A stretch of 40,797 nucleotides of DNA from Chiloscyllium plagiosum. Its lineage: Eukaryota. This document shows positions 1-11,044 of this stretch, in pieces (within the stretch, counting starts at the first letter, position 1; each line of letters begins with the position of its first letter). A program made the position numbers and the translations under genes. The stretch is taken from positions 9,906,211 to 9,947,007 of the forward strand of contig NC_057753.1 in NCBI RefSeq assembly GCF_004010195.1, in the 5' to 3' direction. The notes under the pieces were generated by a model, which saw nothing but the letters and a program-made list of their open reading frames with translations, was not told where the DNA came from and did no database searches.

Positions 1-166
1 GCCGATGGGATGAATGGCCTAATTTCTGCTCCTATGTCTTATGATCTCTTGTTGTCCTGGATTCAGTGAGAGTGGGAGCAGGAGAAGGTCATTTGGTCTT
101 TTGAACTTGCACCAGCATTGAACAGATCATAACGGGATATTAATCTACCAACATCTCGGTGGATAG

Positions 167-575
167 ACTGGGACTTTTTTCACTGAAGCACAGGAGGGTG
201 AGAGGTGACCTTACAGGAGGTGTATAAAATCATGACGGACATCGATGAGGTGACCACCGGGTATCCTTTCCCTAGGGTGGGGGTATCAAGATTATGCAGT
301 AAATTTGAAGGGGAGAGGAGAAAGATTTTAAAAAGGCATGAGGGGCACCTTTATTTTTTACACAGAGAATAGTTGGTGTGGAATGAATATCCAGAGGAAG
401 TGGTGGATGCAGGTACAGTAACAACATTTAAAAGACATTTGGATAAGTACATGAATAGGAAAGGTTCAGAGGGATATGGGCCACACACAGGTAGGTGGGA
501 CTAGATTAGTTTGTGAATATAGTCAGCATGGACTAGTTGGACTGAAGCATCTATGCTGTCTGATACTATAACTGT
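167..575 (+). mobile_element. CR1/HER1-like LINE 3' end fragment
   Basis: Degenerate LGLFSL..RGDL..YKIM coding remnant, TGGAATGA..CCAGAGGAAGTGG and 3' tail matching other CR1 copies in the window. Confidence 0.85.
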
Positions 576-827
576 TCTTTCCTGGTCTTAAAATCATTTT
601 CTTGCCTTCCCCTATAACCATCTACTTCTTTGCTGTTTAAAACCCAGATGAACTCAGCCTTGAATATATTCAACAACCCCCTAACTGCAGAAAGGCATCC
701 CCACTTCTGAACTCAATGCCTCTTGCTAATCTACCACTTGCCTTGCTGATTGCTTGCTGCACCTGCCTGACAACTGGCATTGACTGGAGTAGAAAGGATG
801 CTGAGGTCCCTCTATACATCCACACAT

Positions 828-960
828 CATTCCTGAAGAAGGACCCGTGCCCAAAATGTTGACTCTTCTGCTCCTTGGATGCTGCCTAACCTACTGTGCT
901 TTTCCAGTACCACACTTTTTGACTCTGCTCTCCAGTATCTGCAATTCTCACTTTCTCCAC
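828..960 (+). mobile_element. Short Penelope-derived repeat (pLTR fragment with degenerate hammerhead motif)
   Basis: CCTGAAGAAGG..GCCC-AAAATGTTGAC followed by GATGCTGCCT..CTGTGCTTTTCCAG, as in other copies. Confidence 0.7.
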
Positions 961-1119
961 ATCCAAATACATCACCATTTAAATAATACACCTTCTTTCT
1001 GCTTTTTTTTTTACACAGCAAAGGCTAAAACTTCACATGGTGGTACTGCATTTGCTACGTGTTTGCAAATTGTGGTCTTCTGTACATTGGGGAGACCAAG
1101 TGTAAACTTGGGGAATGAT

Positions 1120-2365
1120 AATAGACAATAGGTGCAGGAGTAGGCCATTCTGCCCTTCGAGCCTGCACCACCATTCAATATGATCATGGCTGATCATCCT
1201 CAATCAGTATCCTGTTCCTGCCATATCTCCTTAACCCTTGATTCCACTATCCTTGAGAGCGCTATCCAACTCTTTCTTAAACAAATCCAGAGACTGGGCC
1301 TCCACTGCCTTCTGGGGCAAAGCATTCCACACACCCACCACTCTCTGGGTGAAGAAGTTTCTCCTCATCTCTGTCCTAAATGGCCTACCCCTTATTTTTA
1401 ATCTGTGTCCTCTGGTTCGGGACTCACCCATCAGTGGAAACATGTTTCCTGCCTCCAGAGTGTCCAATCCTTTAGTAATCTTATACGTCTCAATCAGATC
1501 CACTCACAGTCTTCTAAGCTCAAGGGTATACAAGCCCAGTTGCTCCAATCTTTCAACATAAGATAGTCCTGCCATTCCAGGAAGTGACCTCATGAGCCTA
1601 CGCTGCACTCCCTCAATAGCCAGAATGTCTTTTCTCAAATTTGGAGACCAGAACTGCACACAATATTCCAGGTGTGATCTCACCAGGGCCCTGTACTGCT
1701 GCAGAAGAACCTTTTTGCTTCTATACTCAATCCCTCTTGTTATGAAGGCCAGCATGCTACTAGCTTTCTTCACTACCTGCTGTACCTGCATGCTTGCCTT
1801 CATTGACTGGTGTACAAGAACACCCAGATCTCTTTGTACTGCCCCTTTACCTAAATTGATTCCATTTAGGTAGTAATCTGCCTTCCTGTTCTTGCCACCA
1901 AAGTGGATAACCGTACATTTATCCACATTAAACTGCATCTGCCATGCATCTGTCCTCTCACCTAACCTGTCCAGGTCATGCTGTAATCTCCTAACATCCT
2001 CCTCATATTTCACCCTGCCACCCAGCTTTGTATCATCAGCAAATTTGCTAATGTTACTATTAATACCATCTTCTATATCATTAATATATATTGTAAAAAG
2101 CTGCGGTCCCAGCACTGATCCCTGCAGTACCCCACTAGTCACCGCCTGCCATTCCGAAAGGGAGCTGTTTATCACTACTCTTTGTTTCCTGTCAGCCAAC
2201 CAATTTTCAATCCAAGTCAGTACTTTGCCCCCAATACCATGCACCCTAATTTTGCTCACTAATCTCCTGTAGGACTTTATCAAAGGCTTTCTGAAAGTCC
2301 AAGTACACTACATCCACTGGATCTCCCTTGTCCATCTTCAGAGTTACATCTTCAAAAAATTTTTG
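1120..2365 (-). mobile_element. 5'-truncated CR1-clade LINE (RT domain to 3'UTR)
   Basis: ORF 1504-2283 has SGVLQGSVLGPQLF and KFADDTKLGG; upstream VDVVYLDFQKAFDKV in another frame; in-frame stop near 1504; 3' tail near 1120. Confidence 0.95.
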
Positions 2366-2369
2366 ATTC

Positions 2370-2845
2370 GCTGAGCGTAGCAGCTGGATCGGCAAAGGCC
2401 GAACGGACCTCCCAGTCACCACCCATTTTAATTCCCCCTCCCACTCTCTTTCTGGCATGACCATCTTTGGCCTCTTCCATTGTCACAACGAACCAAACCG
2501 CAAATTGGAGGAACAACACTTCATCCTCCACCTGGGCAGCCTACAGCTCAGAGGACTCAACATTGATATCTCCACTTTCAAATAACCACCCTTCCCAATT
2601 CCCGACTCCCTTCTGAGCCTGGATGGCTCATTTCCACTGGTCCATGCCACCAACTAGGTCATACCCTCGGCCTGCCTTCACCTATCCCCACTTCACCACA
2701 CTGCCCCTTACACCCCCTTTATCTGCATCTCCCCCTACACCAGGTCCCAGTCCTGAAGAAGGGTTACACCCGAAATGTCGACTTCTCCACCTCCTGATGC
2801 TGCCTGGCTCGCTGAATTCTTCCAGTCTCCTGCCTGTTTATTTTG
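2370..2845 (+). mobile_element. Penelope-like element 3' end (GIY-YIG endonuclease C-terminus plus pLTR)
   Basis: From 2406 it translates DLPVTTHFNSPSHSLSGMTIFGLFHCHNEPNRKLEEQHFILHLGSLQLRGLNIDISTFK; pyrimidine-rich UTR and a hammerhead motif follow. Confidence 0.85.
2749..2783 (+). ncRNA. Minimal type I hammerhead ribozyme motif of the Penelope pLTR
   Basis: AGTC-CTGAAGA-A-GGGT-TAC-ACCC-GAAA-TG-TC-GACT: stem I AGTC/GACT, stem II GGGT/ACCC, core CUGANGA...GAAA, UC cleavage site at 2778-2779. Confidence 0.75.
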
Positions 2846-2879
2846 CGAATTGAGACACAGACCTGCACCAACGTTTCCA

Positions 2880-3204
2880 GAGTCTGTCCCCTCCCGGATT
2901 CACTCCCTTTCCTTTCAATTGCTGCAAGTCAATAATTGAATCCCAAAATGAAAAACAAATGGAAAAGAGAGTGTCGTACTCACAGATCTCAGACAGAGGA
3001 AGGAATTTGCAGTCTGGGTGAAGCTCAATCTTTATTCAGAGAGAGGAGCAGGAGTAGCAGCTTCAAAAGCTCATGGACCAACGTCCGCATTCAGACAATG
3101 GAGCGGCTGTGATTGGCAGGAGGACCAGACGCCTTCCGGTCCTCCAGGATCCTCTATTGGTCAATCAAGAAAAGGTCGCGCCCCTTTTTCTTTGCGGACA
3201 GCGA
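2880..3204 (-). promoter_or_regulatory. Orphan ZNF-type promoter and non-coding first exon
   Basis: Two CCAAT boxes (3112-3116, 3156-3160), ETS CCGGAAG (3133-3139), donor GTGAGT (2983-2978). Downstream GGAGTGAATCCGGGAGGGGACAGACTCTG matches the cassette sequence near 5845-5875 and 25922-25951. Confidence 0.6.
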
Positions 3205-3704
3205 NNNNNNNNNNNNNNNNNNNNNNNNNNNNNNNNNNNNNNNNNNNNNNNNNNNNNNNNNNNNNNNNNNNNNNNNNNNNNNNNNNNNNNNNNNNNNNNN
3301 NNNNNNNNNNNNNNNNNNNNNNNNNNNNNNNNNNNNNNNNNNNNNNNNNNNNNNNNNNNNNNNNNNNNNNNNNNNNNNNNNNNNNNNNNNNNNNNNNNNN
3401 NNNNNNNNNNNNNNNNNNNNNNNNNNNNNNNNNNNNNNNNNNNNNNNNNNNNNNNNNNNNNNNNNNNNNNNNNNNNNNNNNNNNNNNNNNNNNNNNNNNN
3501 NNNNNNNNNNNNNNNNNNNNNNNNNNNNNNNNNNNNNNNNNNNNNNNNNNNNNNNNNNNNNNNNNNNNNNNNNNNNNNNNNNNNNNNNNNNNNNNNNNNN
3601 NNNNNNNNNNNNNNNNNNNNNNNNNNNNNNNNNNNNNNNNNNNNNNNNNNNNNNNNNNNNNNNNNNNNNNNNNNNNNNNNNNNNNNNNNNNNNNNNNNNN
3701 NNNN

Positions 3705-3787
3705 GTGGGCTTGGATCGGCGCAACATCGAGGGCCGAAGGGCCTGTACTGCGCTGTATTCTTCTATGTTCTATGTCCTATGTTCTAA
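3705..3787 (+). mobile_element. LINE (HER1/CR1-like) 3' tail
   Basis: GGGCCGAAGGGCCTGTACTG hairpin-type tail followed by (TTCTATG)n. Confidence 0.75.
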
Positions 3788-4114
3788 TTCTCCCACATCA
3801 TCCCAGGGAATAAAACAAGAAAAATGAAACAAAATTAGAAATAAATAGGTGCTTGTGGTTAATGTTTGTTCATTAGGAAGTAAACCAGAAATAGGGGTCT
3901 CCCAGGATTCTTATGGTGCCCTACCTGAGGAATTCTCTCTCCCTTACATCTAACTATTAGAACTCAGCTAAGATTTACTACAATATTTACATCAACAGAA
4001 ATAAAGCACCTATTATCAAATAGACATAGAGACATACAGCACTGATGTAGACTTTTCCTCTCTCTCAGGGACATAAAAACACAAGTCCATGGAAGTGAAT
4101 GTGTATTTGCAGAA

Positions 4115-5056
4115 TTAAAAATCACACAACACCAGGTTATAGTCCAACAGGTTTAATTGAAAGCCCTTGCTTTCGAAGTGCAGCTCCTTCATCAGGTGCT
4201 TCTGGAGAATAAGATTGTAAGACACAGAATTTATAGCAACAGTTTACAGTGCGATGTAACTGAAATTATATATTGAAAAAGACCTGGATTGTTTAAGTGT
4301 TTCATCTGTTAGAATGACCATGTTGATTTCAGTTCTTTCATATGTAAATCACAAAACATTTTAAAAACGAAAGTTACATTCCCAAGTGAACTTTACCAAT
4401 TGCTGTCAATATTAGCCCACATAATGTATTGATGGTGTGAGCTCCCCTGTGTGAGACTGTCTGTACCACAATGGCTAGACTGATTCTCATCTAAAAAGTT
4501 GATTTATGGAATCTTACATTGATTCATGCAGTTTTTGAGCAAAGTAAGATGTAATTCTGCAAGTACAAATTCACCCAACAAAGCATGTGTATGTGTGTGT
4601 GCACGTGCGTGGAGGTGTATTTGCAGATACATTCTATTTTGCTTAAAAAATGCACAATCTGCAGGCAGTCAATCCATGTAATATTTTGTAAATTCCACTT
4701 TGGAAATAGAACCAGTCTGACTCAAGATTGAGATACAGGCAAACTCTGACCTCACACCTATAATGCATTGTTTTGCTATAAAACCTTGTTATCTCGAGAA
4801 GGTGGCATACAAGAAATTCTGGGGTTTACATTGTAATGATACCTGCAAACCATTCGAAACGGTGAAAGACTTAACAATCTATGTTTGTTCAATGTAACAT
4901 TTCAGTGGCAGGACGCTGAAATGTTTTGCTGTAAATTCTGTGCCTTATGATCTTATACTCCACAACCACCTGATGAAGAAACGGCACTCCAGAAGTCACT
5001 GCTTCCTAAAAAGCCTGTGGGACTACAACCTGGTGATGTGTAATTTTTGACTTTTG
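4115..5056. mobile_element. Two Penelope-derived pLTR/UTR fragments in inverted arrangement
   Basis: 4115-4330 is approximately the reverse complement of 4850-5056; each arm has CACCTGATGAAG.. and AAACCTGTTGGACTATAACCTGGTG-like sequence. Confidence 0.7.
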
Positions 5057-5176
5057 TGCAGGTTAGAGTGGATTGGCTATGCTAAATTACCCATAGTGCC
5101 CAGGGATGTGCAGGTTAGGGTGGAATGGCCATGCAAAATTATGCATGATGTACAGGTAAGGTGCATTACTCAGGGT

Positions 5177-5490
5177 TAAGATTAGATTAGATTAGAGTGT
5201 GGAAACAGGCCCTTCGGCCCAACAAGTCCACACCGATCCGCCGAAGCGAAACCCATCCATACCCCTACATTTACCCCTTACCTAGCACTACGGGCAATTT
5301 AGTGTGGCCAATTCACCTGACCCTGCACATCTTTGTGATGTGGGAGGAAACCGGAGCACCCGGAGGAAACCCACGCAGACACGGGGAGAACGTGCAAACT
5401 CCACACAGTCAGTCGCCTGAGGCGGGAATTGAACCCGGGTCTCTGGCGCTGTGAGGCAGCAGTGCTAACCACTGTGCCACCGTGCCGCCC
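5177..5490 (-). mobile_element. Full-length HE1/V-SINE-like tRNA-derived SINE nested in an older + strand SINE (5056-5600)
   Basis: Reverse strand reads GGGCGGCACGGTGGCACAGTGGTTAGCACTG (A box), GGTTCAATTCC (B box), core GTGGGTTTCCTCCGGGTGCTCCGGTTTCCTCCCAC, (TCTAA)n tail. Confidence 0.9.
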
Positions 5491-5599
5491 ACCAGAGCAA
5501 TAGTGGTAGGGGAATGGATGTGGGTGGGTTACCCTTGGGAGGGTCGGTGTGGACTCGTGGGGCCGAGTGGCCTGTTCCCACATGGTGGGGATTCTCTGA

Positions 5600-5905
5600 A
5601 GGGAAGAGGTTTTTGAAAAGTGTGTTCGGCTGGAATGCAGCGCATGCGCAGTGTGGGCTCTGTTGACAGTTTTTACCCCGCCCCCTTTACCGTCACTTCG
5701 TTTGGCCTCGCCCCTCGTTTCTTTAATGACGTCACAGCGCGGACGTGGGCATGCCCATTTCAAAGTGAATCTCCCTCCCTCTGGGCTACTCTTCATCCTG
5801 GGAGGGAGACCGAGATGGGAAAATCTGTTCACTTGTAGCTATGGCCGTGAATCCAGGGAGGGAGCAGACTCCACAAACTCAAGTATTGTGACTCCTGTGA
5901 GGAGG
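5600..5905 (+). promoter_or_regulatory. CpG-rich ZNF-cassette promoter, copy 1
   Basis: NRF1-type GCGCATGCGC 5640-5649, GC box CCCCGCCCC, CRE TGACGTCA 5727-5734; paralogous to 12300-12545, 25720-25990 and 39230-39450. Confidence 0.6.
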
Positions 5906-5914
5906 AACGGGAGG

Positions 5915-7010
5915 ATAGAGTCACAGAGATGTACAGCATGGAAACAGACCCTTCGGTCCAACCCGTCCCTACCGACCGGTTATCCCAACCCAATCTAGTC
6001 CCACCTGCCAGCACACGGCCCATATCCCTCCAAACCCTTCCCATTCATATACCCATCCGAATGCCTTTTAAATGTTGCAACTGTACCAGCCTCCACTACT
6101 TTCTCTGGCAGCTCATTCCACACACGTACCACCCTCTGTGTGGAAAAAGTTGCCCCGAGGTCTCTCTTATATCTTTCCCCTCTCACCCTAAACCTATGCC
6201 CTCTAGTTCTGGACTCCTCAGCCCCAGGGAAAAGACTTTGTTTATTTATTCTATCCATGCCCCTCATGATTTTGTAAACCTCTATACGGTCACCCCTCAA
6301 CCTCTGACGCTCCAGGGAAAACAGCCCTAGTCTGTTCAGCCTCTTCCCATAGCTCAAATCCTCCAACCTTGGCAGCATCCTTGTAAATCTTTTCTGAACC
6401 CTTTCAAGTTTCACAACACCTTTCCGATAGGAAGACCAGAATTGCACACAATATTCCAACAGTGGCCTAACCAATGTCCTGTACAGCCGCAATATGACCT
6501 CCCAACTCCTGTACTCAATACTCCGACCAATAAAAGAAAGCATACCAAACACCGCCTTCACTATCCTATCTACCTATGACTCCACCTTCAAAGAGCTATG
6601 AACCTGCACTCCAAGGTCTCTTTGTTCAGCAACGCTCCCTAGGACTTTACCATTAAGTGTATAAGTCCTGCTAAGTTTTGCTTTCCCAAAATGCAGCACT
6701 TCGCATTTATCTGCCACTTCTCAGCCCATTGGCCCATCTGGTCAAGATCTTGTTGTAATCTGAGGTAACCTTCTTCGCTGTCCACTACACCTCCAATTTT
6801 GGTGTCATCTGCAAACTTACTAACTGTACCTCTTATGCTCGCATCCAAATCATTTACGTACATGACAAAAAGTAGAGGACCCAGCACCGATCCTTGTGGC
6901 ACTCCACTGGTCACAGGCCTCCAGTCTGAAAAACAACCCTCCACCACCACCCTCTGTCTTCTACCTTTGAGCCAGTTCTGTATCCAAAGGGCTAGTTCTT
7001 CCTGTATTCC
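5915..7010 (-). mobile_element. 5'-truncated CR1/HER1-like LINE
   Basis: SGVPQGSVLGPLLF, KFADDTKIGG, LVRPLLEYCVQFWS and 3' tail. Confidence 0.95.
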
Positions 7011-7304
7011 GAGAGAGGTTGGGGAGGGTTAGATACCTTTTCTGTTTTTATTTTTAAAATGTACCCGATTCCCACAAGTAAATTCAATGGGTGCAAGTAC
7101 AGCTCATGCAATATTCCTCATTGCAGCTTTACGCTGGCTTTGCATCCTCTGTTTTTCCTCAGCCTTGGCTCCAGCACATTCGGCTTCCTTCCCTCATCCC
7201 CATCCCCCCGCCCTGAGGTCCAAGCTGACCCCCAAAGTTCAGTTTATCCCTCCATTCTTTCCCGGTTGTCTTTGGTGGGTTTTGAAAACTTTCTGAATCC
7301 TCTG

Positions 7305-7865
7305 AGTATAAGAGTTGGGAAGTTATGTTGTAGCTGCACCAGACATTTGGTTAGGCCACTTTTGGAATGTTTTGTGCAGTTCTGGTCTCTCTGCTATAGG
7401 AAGGATGTTGTGAAGCTTGAAATGGTTCAGAAAAGATTGACAAGGATGTTTTCAGGGTTTGAGCTCAATAGGGTGGGGCTGTTTTCTTTTGCACGCCGGA
7501 GGCTATGGATTGACCTTACAAACTTTTATAAAATCATGAGGGACATGGATAGGGTAAATAGACAAGGTTTTTTCCCTGGGATTGGGTCATAGGTTTAGAG
7601 TGAGGGTAGGGGGGGAGATTTAAAAGGTACCTCAGGGGCAACGCCTATATTCAGAGGTTGGTGCGTGTGTGGCATGAGCTGCCAGACGAAGTCATGGAGG
7701 CTAGTACAACTACAGTATTTAAAAGGCATCTGGAGGAGTATATAAATAGGAAGGGTTTAGAGGGATATAGGCCAAGTTTTAGCAAATGGGACTAGATTGA
7801 TTTAGAATATCTGGTTGGCATGGACTGAACGGACTCTTTCTCTGCTGTGTATTTCTGTGACTCTG
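7305..7865 (+). mobile_element. CR1 LINE 3' fragment
   Basis: LVRPLLECFVQFWS..KDVVKLE remnant and tail; paralog at 26875-27330. Confidence 0.85.
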
Positions 7866-7983
7866 TCTTGCTACCAATGTTTGCCATGTCTGTATGATCA
7901 GTTTCTTTCTGGTGTTAATGCCTTGATGTTTCATTTTGCTCCCCACATCTTGGGGACATTAACCATTTCCCGTCTGGTTGTTC

Positions 7984-8522
7984 TGATGATCCAGGTTTCT
8001 GGGATTGGTCAATAAGCACACCTGGAAATGACTTTGTCAATCACACAAGCAATTGTTTATTCTTTGGTACGGCCAGGTCGGTAGACTGTGATCAGCCCAG
8101 AAGTATGAGTACTCCTCGAGTGCCATAAGAATTGGATAACTTAGAGTTTGCATAGAGCTTATGTACATTGTTTATAGTCAGGCATGGAGCATGATCACGT
8201 AGTAACAATCAATCAGATTTCCTGAGGTCCCCATGGTCTTTTGACTTAGCCTATCACGATTTCTTGTAAACAACCTGTTATTGAAATCGTATTTGTCCTG
8301 CCTGGTGGATAGGCTTAAACCGTAACTTCTGCGACTAATGGTTAGGGTCATATTGTTACTTCTGCGTTTGCAATTTTTTTCACTGGATTTACATCAGTCT
8401 GTAGTTTCTTGTTTATTCTGAGTATCAACCTGACTCAGTTCAGACCACTTTAGCCAAGCAGAAGCCATTTTGTGCAGCTCCTTCAGCCATTTTGTCCCAT
8501 TTCCCAGATGCCCACATCCTCG
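7984..8522 (-). mobile_element. ERV 3' LTR (~539 bp)
   Basis: On - strand it starts right after the PPT AAAGGGGGGAA (8533-8523) with CGAGGA (presumed TG>CG), has TATAAA (~8171-8176) and AATAAA (~8056-8061), and ends TCATCA. Confidence 0.75.
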
Positions 8523-8539
8523 TTCCCCCCTTTGATTGC

Positions 8540-10509
8540 ACCGCAATCACTGAAAGGGAAGGCTAATCCAAACAAGGTGTTCCAGCCATCAACATCCTCT
8601 AGTGTGGCACCACCATCTTCGCCGCTCACCTGGTCATTGCCATCGACACATGCGGGTAAGCCATCAAATCTATATCACTAAGGGAGCTCATATGATTCGC
8701 AATTAAACACTTAACAATAGCAATACCGGCATACAGAGGAAAATTATTCTGATATACATAGTTAAATTGATAAGCCCATTGTATCAAGAGCCCGATCCCC
8801 AGTTTCCCCAACTGGTCCCTTCAAGGAACACCTGGATCTCGTCTTGTTTCTTAGTAAAATTGCAAGTGCGATTGGGAATGCCCATAATGCATTTATGTTG
8901 GAAAGTAGCGCAGACCCCACCTTCCTGGGCTAGTCTAAGGTATGCTGATTCTGCATAGAATAAAGACGCAGATCTGATAATCCCAGACTAATCTGTTCCA
9001 GAGCCTCTTTAGTCTTATTTCCTAGAACGGTCAAGCTGCAAATGAGGTAATTGCAGTTCTTTTGACTTATCACCCCTACCGATCTTCCCAAACTCAGGGT
9101 ACTCAGGATTCCCCAGCCTATTGAGTGTCCTGGATTGTTACTCAGTCCCTTGGGATCCTTCCAGTTGGAGCAAGGTTAGCTGAGACAGCCCGCTGCATCC
9201 TCCTCAGATGAAGATACCATTGACTTGTCCACTGGTCAGGACAAGGTACTGTTGTGGGAGCAAGGGCTCTGATAGTGACTTTACGAAGAACATCTTTGCC
9301 ATTAAGGACAAGGAAATTGGTAGGTAGCTTTACCTTGACTGAAGAAATAGTAGCCAAGGTGTATAATAGGGACAATTTGTTAAAATAGGTTACTGAAATG
9401 TTACAGCAGAGGGTCTGGTCAGGTCTACAAGAGGAAAGGGCTGACGTTTTGCAAGAGGAGTCGCTTGTGCACCATAAAAAAATTGGCAAAGTGACTGTTG
9501 AGCGCTCGCACTGTATGGTAGACAAAGGTCGTCTGAATTCTGTTCCCATTAGGCTCTCCCTTAGTTCTGTTGCACATGGTCTTGGCGACAGTATCAGATT
9601 CTGAAAAGAGAAAAGACCTATAAATGCACTAGGGAAGGGTTCCGTTCCGGGTCTGTACATGGAGATGGGTATAGTTACTTTTGCTGCACAAGGCCTGTTG
9701 TACCCCAGCCAGTGGAACGCAAGCTGTTTGTATACATGGGAAGGAGGTATAAGGCCCCTTTTGTCTTACACGTGTGGGCAAGACAAGTCTCAAATAGGCG
9801 AGAGATGTTATGTGGAACATGAAGAATTATACACCCAGAGCCAGTTCCATTAAAGCAATTCTCATATGACCCTGCAGTGGAGTTAAAAGACTTCAGCAAA
9901 CACGTGGCAGGAGGGCTAACACAGTATTGGAAAGTGATATTTCTCTTTGGAGGGTCGGCAGTAGGAGGTCTGACGAATAGGTTGGGACTGGGGACAGGGC
10001 AAGTAAGTTATCTACCAATAGAGAAGAGTAACATACTACTGACTCTAGGATGAAGAACATTCTGTGGGCCTATATAAATAAGTTGTTTGTGGATTGAGGA
10101 GTTTCCCCTATCAGGCTTCTCTTTTATCGAGTAGGCCCATCCTGCAAAAAGGGATGGTGTTCCCGGGTTTCCTTCAAACATTTACCATAATAACGGGGTT
10201 GATCATTTTTATCCTCACTAGGCTTGTGTCTGCAGATAAAATCAAAAAGACAGGTTCAGTAACGACAAGGTAACTCTCACTGATTTCTACTGTCCACGTG
10301 GACCATATGTTTCTGATGTAAGAGTCCATGCAATAATCAATCACGTTCCACATGCCAAAGACGTCTGGTCCGGTGCACTGGACTACATCTCCTCGGCATA
10401 GGTGGTGGGTAATCTCGGATCGTTCCAGATCGCATCGACACTTAGTGGCTTTCCCCATCATGGTGTCGTACGTGATCAAACAGGTCAGTAGGTAGGCGAT
10501 CCCCCACAT
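8540..10509 (-). pseudogene. env: Endogenous retrovirus env (gamma-type TM), disrupted
   Basis: Signal peptide MWGIAYLLTCLI; furin-like RRMQR|AVS (~9190); fusion-peptide-like SIGWGILSTLSLG; ISD QNQHTLD..LAQEGGVCATFQHKC (~8890-8950); hydrophobic TM; several stops and frameshifts. Confidence 0.85.
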
Positions 10510-10649
10510 GTCCCTCCTCTTACTTCAGGTATCTGTAATAAGAATTGCATTAGAACAACAGCAAAATTCAAAAACCCAAATGGAGAGGATCCCTCGGTTT
10601 CCAGTATTCTCTCCTCCTCGTGCCCCTCTTGATTGGTGTGGCCAGTCAA

Positions 10650-11040
10650 TTTTCAATGATGCAGGTGGACCCATATCAAGCGCCCAGCGATTTTGAACGC
10701 CGTAGGGGCGGGAAGTAAAACCTGGTAGGGGCCATCCCAATGAGGTTGGAGACCTTTGCGAGTCCAGTTCTTGACGAGCACAAACGAACCAGGCTCTACC
10801 CATGACGATGCTGAAAGGGAGGGAACATCGCCATAGGCTGCATGCACCTGGGAGAGAGAGGCATGCATAATGTTGGTTAGAGCAAGTTCATAACCAATCA
10901 TTGCTTTGGTCACCTGGTGGAAGTGGACCAAGGAGACAGCCGAATCGTTCCAAGGGGTATGGAGCAGGCGACTGTTGTGTCTCACCAACAGGCGTGGGTT
11001 GCATCTGCAATAAGGCCACAGGGAGTAGCATAACTAATGC
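10650..11040 (-). pseudogene. pol: ERV pol integrase C-terminal fragment
   Basis: [21 protein letters not shown] (end of IN core) and [43 protein letters not shown] (GPY/F domain). Confidence 0.85.
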
Positions 11041-11044
11041 ATCC

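Noticed and set aside
3018..3827. Long ORFs spanning N runs (also 15507-16369, 29726-30418, 31245-31761, 32709-34103)
   Set aside because: Their length is an artefact of assembly gaps
5056..5176. Short spaced repeats (GTGCAGGTTAG.GTGGA..GGC.ATGC) resembling a CRISPR-like array; also 18410-18540
   Set aside because: Internal tandem units of the SINE 3' region in a vertebrate genome; no unique spacers or cas genes
5420..5490. tRNA-like A/B box sequences (also 24700, 25240, 27660, 28430)
   Set aside because: These are SINE heads continuous with core and tail, not tRNA genes
8540..10509. Domesticated syncytin-like env
   Set aside because: Multiple stops and frameshifts, including in the ISD
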